Below, piece by piece: positions 1-8,600 of a DNA stretch of 64,000 nucleotides. The DNA comes from an uncultured Planctomycetales bacterium (lineage in GTDB: Bacteria > Omnitrophota > Gorgyraeia > Zapsychrales > Aceulaceae), in NCBI GenBank assembly GCA_964648665.1, contig CAZYOA010000001.1, forward strand, positions 176,128 through 240,127. Reading direction: 5' to 3'. The position numbers and the translations under genes are program-made. How positions within the stretch are numbered: the first letter of the stretch is position 1; each line of letters opens with the position of its first letter. A model generated the notes under the pieces. That model did no database searches. It saw only the letters and a list, made by a program, of their open reading frames with translations, and was not told the origin of the DNA.

Positions 1-180
1 GTTTTAATTGATGAAAAAGTAAAAGATGAAAAGGGAATTTATATAGGACGTAGTCAGTTTGATGCTCCAGAAGTCGATGGCGTTGTTTACGTTGAAAGCA
101 AAAAGAAAATTAAACCTGGCGATTTCATTGAAGTTGAAATTGCAGATAGCTATGAGTATGATCTTGTTGGACAATATTAA
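1..180 (+). CDS. rimO: Ribosomal protein S12 methylthiotransferase RimO, C-terminal TRAM-domain fragment (5' end upstream of window)
   Basis: Frame 1 is open from the window edge to TAA at 178-180. The translation ...[44 protein letters not shown] matches the typical RimO C-terminus (DAPEVDG.V.V....G.F..V.I....YDL.G). Adjacency of rimO and pgsA is common. Confidence 0.7.
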   Translation, partial: VLIDEKVKDEKGIYIGRSQFDAPEVDGVVYVESKKKIKPGDFIEVEIADSYEYDLVGQY

Positions 181-209
181 GTGATATTATAAAAAGGAGT
201 CGATAGCTT

Positions 210-794
210 GTGAACCTTCCAAATAAATTAACTATTTTACGTATTTTAATGACGTTTTTATTTATTTTCTTAATTCGTCAGGAAGGCTTGATGTTTGCTG
301 TTTCGGCAACAATTATTTTTGCTCTGGCATCGCTAACAGATTATTTCGACGGATATATTGCTAAGAAATATAATCTTATTAGCGATTTTGGGAAATTGAT
401 GGATCCCATTGCAGATAAGTTTTTAATGTTGGCTGCATTTTTAGCTTTCGTTCGTCTTCATCTTGTGGATGATTGGATGGTGATTTTAATTTTTAGCCGT
501 GAGATCATAGTGACGGGTTTGAGAATTTTTGCATTAACAAAGAATAAAGTTTTGGCAGCCGAGCGGGGAGGCAAACGCAAAACGGTATCTCAGATTGTTG
601 CTATTTTTGTTATTTTAGGTTTTATTATTTTTAAAAGATCAACAGTGGCTATTGGGGGGTGGACGGAAGATGTTGAGTTTTGGTGGAAGATCGGTATCAG
701 CATTTCAATGCTTATTACGGTTTGTTTAACCGTAACATCAGGCCTTTCTTATTTATGGCGGAATAGAGAGCTTATAAAAATCAATGAAAAATAA
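210..794 (+). CDS. pgsA: CDP-diacylglycerol--glycerol-3-phosphate 3-phosphatidyltransferase
   Basis: GTG start; 194-aa multi-TM protein. CDP-alcohol phosphatidyltransferase motif DYFDGYIAKKYNLISDFGKLMDPIADK. Confidence 0.85.
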   Translation: MNLPNKLTILRILMTFLFIFLIRQEGLMFAVSATIIFALASLTDYFDGYIAKKYNLISDFGKLMDPIADKFLMLAAFLAFVRLHLVDDWMVILIFSREIIVTGLRIFALTKNKVLAAERGGKRKTVSQIVAIFVILGFIIFKRSTVAIGGWTEDVEFWWKIGISISMLITVCLTVTSGLSYLWRNRELIKINEK

Positions 795-1239
795 TTTAAT
801 AAAAATGGCTTCAACTTTTTTTGGTATTGGATATGCACCTATTGCTCCAGGAAGTGTTGCGAGCTTTGCCGCAGGCGGATTAGCGATTCTTTTAATGGAG
901 CATTTATTTTTGTATATTTTTGTTTTTGTTGGAATTACTGCAATAGGTTTCTGGTCTGCAGGAAAAATGGAAAGGCTTATAGAGGAAAAAGATCCTTCTT
1001 GTGTCGTTATCGATGAGGCATCTGGAATTATGATTGCATTTTTTATGTTGCCAAGAACACCTGAGGTTTTAATCTTGGCATTCTTTTTATTTAGAGCTTT
1101 TGATATGTTTAAGATTTATCCTGTTAGCTATTTTGAGAGAAAACCTGGAGCAACAGGCATCATGATGGATGACATTGTTGCTGGCGTTTATGCCAATGTT
1201 ATTATGCGCATTGCTTTGTATGTTTTAAAATTTGCATAA
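784..1239 (+). CDS. pgpA: Phosphatidylglycerophosphatase A
   Basis: 151 aa; overlaps pgsA by 11 nt. PgpA-like blocks FGIGYAPIAPGSVAS, VIDEASG, FRAFDMFKIYP, IMMDDIVAGVYA. Confidence 0.85.
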   Translation: MKNNLIKMASTFFGIGYAPIAPGSVASFAAGGLAILLMEHLFLYIFVFVGITAIGFWSAGKMERLIEEKDPSCVVIDEASGIMIAFFMLPRTPEVLILAFFLFRAFDMFKIYPVSYFERKPGATGIMMDDIVAGVYANVIMRIALYVLKFA

Positions 1240-1259
1240 ATTTAATTAGGAGATTCTTT

Positions 1260-2036
1260 ATGAGACGTTCAAGTAATCCAGCTTTAAACCCATCTTTGTT
1301 TTCGCAAGTCGGTGTTGCGAAAGGAGATGGCGCTATGAGCATTCAAGGAACAATTAATAAAATTTTTATTTTGCTTTTAGGCATTCTGCTTACCGCTTCA
1401 TGGTCTTGGAGCAAGGTTTATCAGGCTCCGGTTGTTTCAAATACAGGTGAGTTTGTTTTTGCGCCATCAGGTTTTTCAATTGGATTTGCTTCAGTTTTCG
1501 GCTTGGTTGCTTTTGGTCTTGTGATGATAACAATGTTTAATCTTAAGTGGGCTCGTTTTACAGCACCGGCGTATGCGTTATGCGAGGGAGCTTTTTTAGG
1601 AGGAGTTTCTGCGATCTTTGAAATGCAATTTCCTGGGATTGCTATTCAAGCTATGATGCTAACATTTGGAACGCTGTTTGCAATGTTATCTCTTTATAAA
1701 TCAGGACTGATTAAAGTAACTCAGAAATTTAGATTAGGCGTTTCTGCTGCGACTGGCGGAATATTGATTGTTTATATTTTAAATGCGGTTTTACGTTTTT
1801 TTGGAAATGGCTTACCGATTATGTATTCTTCAAGTATGTTTGGAATTGGTTTTAGTTTATTTGTTGTTGGTATTGCCGCTTTAAATTTAGTTTTAGATTT
1901 TGATTTTATTGATCGTGCTGCAAAAAATCACATGCCTAAATATATGGAATGGTATGGCGCTCTTGGAATCATGGTAACACTGGTATGGCTTTATGTAGAA
2001 ATTTTGATTCTCCTAGCAAAAACAAGAAGAAGATAG
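1260..2036 (+). CDS. Bax inhibitor-1/YccA-like integral membrane protein
   Basis: 258 aa, about 6-7 hydrophobic helices. The N-terminus MRRSSNPALN resembles BI-1-like (COG4760-type) proteins. Assignment is by family recollection only. Confidence 0.5.
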   Translation: MRRSSNPALNPSLFSQVGVAKGDGAMSIQGTINKIFILLLGILLTASWSWSKVYQAPVVSNTGEFVFAPSGFSIGFASVFGLVAFGLVMITMFNLKWARFTAPAYALCEGAFLGGVSAIFEMQFPGIAIQAMMLTFGTLFAMLSLYKSGLIKVTQKFRLGVSAATGGILIVYILNAVLRFFGNGLPIMYSSSMFGIGFSLFVVGIAALNLVLDFDFIDRAAKNHMPKYMEWYGALGIMVTLVWLYVEILILLAKTRRR

Positions 2037-2052
2037 CTTTAGGATTATCGAT

Positions 2053-2150
2053 ACTTACTCAAACTTACTCCTAGTAATATCTAATCGTTATTCATTCATA
2101 GATATTATAAATAATCCAATTCCTACACTTACTTAAACTTACTCCTAGTT
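2053..2150. repeat. Iteron-like direct repeats: two 24-nt copies (22/24 identical, 74 bp apart), each made of two ACTTACT heptamers at 10-bp spacing
   Basis: 2053-2076 acttactcaaacttactcctagta vs 2127-2150 acttacttaaacttactcctagtt. Further degenerate copies (gttactctta, gacttaccta, ctacttaag, attacttatg) extend to about 2235. Confidence 0.75.
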
Positions 2151-2527
2151 ACTCTTAGATATATAGTAGACATATATAATTAAGTATTCAGATTATGATA
2201 GACTTACCTATCTCTACTTAAGATTACTTATGATAGTATATTCATACACTTCGAACTATATATATACATATAGATCCATATAAGGCAAATTTCTTATGGT
2301 TTCATAAAATGGTTCTGTATCCGTGAGAGTATTTTAATTTTATTTAAATTCAAATGAATAAAGTTAATAAGTGTATTTTTATTTTTTCTACTTATTTTTC
2401 TTTTTTTTTGATGAACAAGAAAACGCTTTCCCGAAACCCCCAAAATTCCCCTTAAAATTAGTATTAATATTCTATACTTTATATGTTGGGATAGATTATA
2501 TATATCAGTATTAATGGGGAATGGAGA

Positions 2528-2629
2528 ATGTTTAAAAATAAAAGTCATATTTTAATAAAGATTATTGCTCTAGCTGTAATATTCTTCTTTACGGCTACAA
2601 GTATATGCCCTAATCAAGCCCTAGCGCAA
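2528..2629 (+). other. Predicted signal peptide of the giant ORF
   Basis: MFKNKSHILIKIIALAVIFFFTATSICPNQALAQ: basic n-region, hydrophobic core, ALA-Q cleavage-type end. Confidence 0.7.
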
Positions 2630-5600
2630 GTAGTATCAGGACTGCCTGTGCCAGGTACTATGGTTTCTTTAAGCCCGGCCTTCACCCCAGCCATTCTTCG
2701 TGGAATAAGAGTCTATCCTGACAATGCTCTTAAATTCGACTTTATCGTCGATTCTGGAGATACCGGGCTTAAAGGACCTGAGTTAAAAGATGTTTCTGAG
2801 CGTCTCATTAAGTACTTTCTAACCGCTTTAACGATTCCTGAAGACAACCTATGGGTTAACCTATCTCCCCATGAACAAGACAGAATCATTCCTGGTTCTC
2901 TAGCCGTTACAGACATGGGTACAGATATGCTCTCTCAGGACTATCTCTTAAAACAAATCACAGCTTCTTTAATCTATCCAGAAGATGAACTCGGTAAACA
3001 GTTCTGGCAAAAGATCTATAAGAAAGCCTATGAACAGTATGGAACCACTAACATCCCTGTAGATACCTTTAATAAGGTCTGGATCATGCCTGACAAGGCT
3101 GAAGTCTATGTAAAGGATGATAGAGCTTTCGTAGTTGAATCAAAACTTAAAGTTATGCTGGAAGAGGACTATCTTGCACTTGAAAATAACACAGAGTCTC
3201 AAGGAGCGAGGGATGCAGAATCTAAAACTGATAACAAGCTCGCTTCTGAAATCGTCCGTGAAATTGTTATTCCTGCTCTTGAAAAAGAAGTCAATGAAGG
3301 CAAAAACTTTGCTCAACTTAGACAAATCTATAATTCTTTAATTTTAGCGTATTGGTTTAAGAATAATTTAAAGGAATCTATCGTAAATAAAGTTTATTCT
3401 GATCAGCAAAAGATTAAGGGTATAGATGCTGAGAATGTCTCTCAAGATATTTATAAGCAATATCTTAAATCTTTTGAAAAAGGTGTCTGCGATTTTATTA
3501 AGGTTGAATACGATCAATATACGCGAAAGAACATTCCTAGAAAGTATTTCTCTGGAGGTTTTACTGGAAAACTTAAAGTTGGTGAAAGCATAGAATTTAT
3601 TGAAGCAAAAACAAGAAATGGCAGAAGAGCAGGAAGCAATCTTGTCGCTAAGTTAAAGATCGCAACGATTGTTCTTGTGACGGTAGGATTAAGTATTTTT
3701 CAGCAATCAGATGTTTTAGCCCAGAATAATGATAAAGAAAATGCCCCCCTTTCTTATAAAGACGATACTGAAAAAGATTATTGGATAAAATTAGCAAAGC
3801 AAAAATCATCTGAGGTTTTTAAAAGAGAATCTGAATTTAAAGATGCTCCCTTTAGAGAAGAGGTTCTGAAAGTTGCAGCATATATTGACAAAGCCGCGGC
3901 AATTGAAAATTTTAAGGTTATTTCAGGCTATGGTTGGGCTGATTATGGATTTGTGGAAGAAGCTTTGAAAGGTGAGAGATGGGCAGCCTACTGTGTTCTT
4001 GAAGATCCTAGCTTATTAGATAAATTCGATGACAAACAGAAAAGCCAACTCCTTGAAATCGCAGCAGATACTAGTAAAGCTGCAGCAATTTTATTTCTTT
4101 CGAATATTTCAGATTTTGGTTGGGTTGACTATGATTTTGTTAAGAAGGCGGTGGAAAATAGCGATGGGGCAGCTTATTTTTCACTTAAAGATCCAGAACG
4201 ATTTAAAGAATTTAATAAAGAACAGCGAAATGAGCTTCTTTTGATTGCTTCAAAAAAATCCCCTAGAGATGCGTATCGATTTAGGGGATTTCTTTTAAGA
4301 CTTAACAATTCTCCTTTCAATCAAGATTCTTTTAAAAATCTTGTAGACGATAATCCAGATTTATTCTTATCTAAAGCATTTTATTCAGAAGAAATGTCGT
4401 ATTTTAATATTGCTTTAAAAGACACTCCGTACAAAGAAATAATGGATAACAAAACGAATCATCTTAATTTAACTGAGGGACAAAAGACCTCAGCTGCTGT
4501 TTCCTCCATTCGCTTATGTCGCATGCTAGACATTTCTTTCAAGAATTTGCAATATTTTAGTATAAGTGTTGATGTCATTCTGGAGCTTATAGATGTTGCT
4601 TTAGAAGAGATCATATTTGGTAAAACTGATGCACAGGGAAAAGAGATTCATGTTATCAATATAGTAGGTTGGCAGTCACGTTTTAATAAGAATAAATTGG
4701 AAACATTTGAAATTTCAGCTGGAGTATTAGAGAAAAATATTCAGTCTTTTAAAGAGGGTATACATTTAGAAAGAAATGCTATTGAAGCTGTCGAAAAATC
4801 AATAGGACCGTTGAGGATTGTTTATGATGGACATGCAGGAAGAAATTATTTAAATGTGTGGAATCATTTGACATATCAAGAGATGGGAGAGGCACTTATA
4901 AAAAGAGGCAGAGGCAACATTGAAAATGTTTATTTATTAAACTTTAGCTGCCTTTCAAGAAACTTTAATGAAAATCTTAAAAGATATTTGCAAAAAGAAG
5001 GATATCCTTCACCTAAATTTGATATTTCACAAGCTAGTGAAGATGCTCTATCGTTTGGAGGTCCAAGGAATTTCTTAAAGCATATCCAAAAGCAAAGAAA
5101 AGCAAACGGAAAAGAAAAGTCTCCTGTTACATTTTGGGATATTCTTATGGGTGAGACATCTAAGGTGTTAGGAAAGCAGGATCCGTCTGCCTTCTTTTCG
5201 ATATCACCTCAGAAATTCAAAGAGGTTATCACTGAGAAATTTCAAGGTATCTTGTCAGATGATCAACTTAATAAAATTCTTGCTAAAACAGATAAACTTC
5301 CCAATGTTTCAGTACAGCTTATGAGCATCTTTGATTCTTTGACTCAAGGTAAGAAAGGGCGAGAAGTGATTTTATGGTTAATACTTCTAGGCATAATTCC
5401 GGAAATGCTAAAGCTTAAATCAGAAATAGAATTAAACGATGACTTTGACGTAGGAGATATTAGTAGGATGAGGACAGTGCTTAGTAACATTGATTTTGTA
5501 AAATCCAATTATCAAAATATATCTAGTTATGAGCTAAATGGAAAGTATTTTGATTTCGATAAAAAGGACAATGCCCCAGAGAAACTAGATGTACTGGTTG

Positions 5601-8600
5601 CGCTTGCGTTTGCTCAAAGAAAAACCTTATCTGTTTGGGCGATGGGTGATAATGGAGCAAAGCGTTATTCGTTGGTTGAGAAGGTAGAGGGCCAAGAGGA
5701 TAAGTTTGCGCAATTGGTAACTTTTCATGAAGATGTTTTGGTTGAGCGTGTTAAAAATCACAAAAAGGCCTCCAGTAATCAAGCAGCATCATCTAAAATT
5801 ACCTCTACCGGTGATATCGATCTGAACCAGATTATCAGGCCGGTAAACTTAAATGATTTTGATGAGGTTCTTGATGGGAAAGTTTCTCAAATTAAGATTG
5901 ATGATAATGGTGTGTTGCATGTTGCATATACGCCCCCAGATACTAAAGATTTAAAAATGTTGATAGTTTCTATAGATTCTCAGGAAAAAGGTATGCTTAT
6001 TGTAGAAGATAAAAGTACAGCAAAGCAATTGCTCTCAGAAAAAGATGATAACATTACGGGGTTTTTAAGTAATATAAAATATTTTGATTATGCCAAGAAG
6101 GATTCTTCTGATGAAATATTAATTATGAAAGTATTGCAAATATTGATAGATCGAGGATATTTAAATTTACCAAAAGGGAACACGTATGATAAATTTAGCA
6201 AGAATCAAAAAACTATCGATAGTTTTGATCCTAAAGTTACCTCTGGCCAATTAATCACAAGCTCAAAGATGGTTCTTCTTTTATCGAATTACTTAAAAAG
6301 TTATTCTGGTCAGGATGCAACGCTAGAAGGCTTTGTTAATGAAATAAATCAAGAATTTGCCTCTATGGCTAAAAAACTCGGAATTCAAAGGTTTGATAAT
6401 AATACTGTTGTTAATCTTTTAGAGCAAGACGAAATTGTTAATTCCAGAAAATACTTTTCTCCAGATGCTATTCGTATAATTGGACGCCTCGTCGCTAAAG
6501 GAATTCTGAGTATTAAAAAATCTCTGGATGGTACAACCCCAATGCTTGGGGGATTAACTTTTAGCGATGTTCAGCTTGATTCTTCAGAGAAATATTTGTT
6601 TTCATTTTACCATCCTACTACTGGAGACCACTATGCAGTCAACTTTGTTCCAGAGAAAGGTGATTCTAAAAAAGTTAATTTTTATATACGTGGAGTATAT
6701 CCAACAGGGCATGTTTTAATGGGTTATTCTGAAGGAAAGTTTGGCACAAAAAAAATGAACGTATTTGGTGATATCCCAGAAGAGCTAGTAAAAGCACTTA
6801 AATTTTTTCAGAAAAATATTCCTTATTTTGCGCATTTAGGCGGGAGTTCTGGTTTTCTAACAGATTTTGATAGACGTTGGAAATCGAAAGATGTGGAATT
6901 GGCGGAAGGCACAGATTACTTAAAATTTTCTAAAGAAAAATATGGAAACCCTTACGCCGAAATTAAAATTAAATATTATAAAGGGCCAAAGGCTAGAATA
7001 GAGTTCATTAGGGAAGAAAGCTATAAATGGCCGGAGGTTAGAAGAGAGCTGATTGGCAAAGAGAACAGCTTAACAGTTCAGATTTCTCCTAAACTTCCAA
7101 ATGACACAAAATCAAAAGGTGATGATATTTTCTGGAAAGAAGAATACAAATTACATTTAAAAAATATTTGGAAAAATAGAAGAAAGAACTACAAGGGAAA
7201 ACTGATTGATGTTTATGCGAGAATGTTTGATGATGGAATATTAGGAAAAACTATTTTAGAGCTTGGAGGAGGGAATGATCCGGTGTCTGGAGGATTTAAG
7301 GATGGCAAGATTGTAGTTTTGGATATGGGCATTCGAAAGCCTGTCGACAAAGACTACTACCCCAAGGCTTTATTTGTGGAGAATAATGTCGAAGATTTTA
7401 GCAATCTATCTGATGTAGGGTTAGAAGCTATTAAAGAATTTCTAGGTGCGAATGAGGGTGAGACAAAACAATCTATTTTCCATTTATTCGACACTGTGGT
7501 TATTTCAAATCTTTTTAATTATGTTGACTATAGATCCCTAGTAAAACAAGTGGCGCAAACAGTAGCGCCAGGAACAAAAATAGTTATTCAAAATCACGTA
7601 GGATTCGGAGATCCTAATTCTTTTTCGCCTGATGGGGCAAAATCCAATAAGGATATTGTTGATATTTTTGAATCTGATGATTTTGACATTAAATATATCT
7701 TTGGATTTAATGACGAAAGAAGCATAAGTTCTTCTTCTGGAACTGCCATACTCGATGAATTGCAAGAGCTCAAGGAGCTTGATTTAAAAAGCGCAAAGAA
7801 TTCTAAAGACGTATTGTATTTAGTAGCTGAAAAGAAGGACAGGGTGATGAGTTCTAATAAGAAATCAACTTTAAAAGGTAGCAAAAAGATCATTGATGTC
7901 AACTCAAGTCAAACTGCATCGTCAGTTGTCTCGAGTTCTATGAATTCTCCAGATCACGCAAGTTTCCCAGGAACGCTTAATATTGATGAGTTTGAACGAA
8001 TGACGAATCCTGAAATTCTATTTCATCAACAGATCAATGAATTCTTTGGAAGAGGCAATGATTTCGGAAATTTTGCTGGTCAGCTGATTGCGGCGCCTGC
8101 TAGAACATCAAGAACGACTCATGAGCTAGATTTAAATGGATCTTACGCAAGAAAAGCGTATTTAGAGGATACCGTTGCAGAGATCATTGACAATCTTTTT
8201 CGTGATCAAGAAAATATTTCTAGTATGAGAACAAGGGCGGATATCTCGATTCTTCGCGGACCTCAGGGTGAATTATTCTTTAAGCTCGTTGCTTTTCAAC
8301 CAGTTGTTAGTCCTGGAAGATGGCAAAAGATTGTCGGTAATTCGAAATTGTCCATATCAGAATTAAACGATTTAAAATATCGGACGAATAACAATTTAAG
8401 AGAAGGAGGAGGACGAGCTTTTCGGTTTTATGCGTGGTTGACAAGAGGTGCCGGTCCCGATGCTGAACCTCGAGGGAAAGTTCAAAAGACAGCTCTTGAG
8501 TTTTTCAGAAATAAAAGTGGCGACATGATCACGACTTTCTGGGCTGAAGTTGATCGCATTCCTAATAGTTTTAACAGGATTTCAATGGATCCAGAAAAAA

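Noticed and set aside
2160-2290. Considered whether the TATATA/ATTATGATA-rich stretch is a dif site for the XerD encoded at 21554
   Set aside because: I found no 11-6-11 arrangement with a TTATG(T)TAAAT-like XerD arm and a partially palindromic XerC arm. The resemblance is limited to AT-rich composition.
2294-2548. 84-aa minus-strand ORF in the long intergenic region
   Set aside because: It lies in extremely AT-rich DNA and gives a low-complexity Lys/Ile/Asn-rich translation. It overlaps the giant ORF's start and RBS and has no RBS of its own, so it is most likely spurious.
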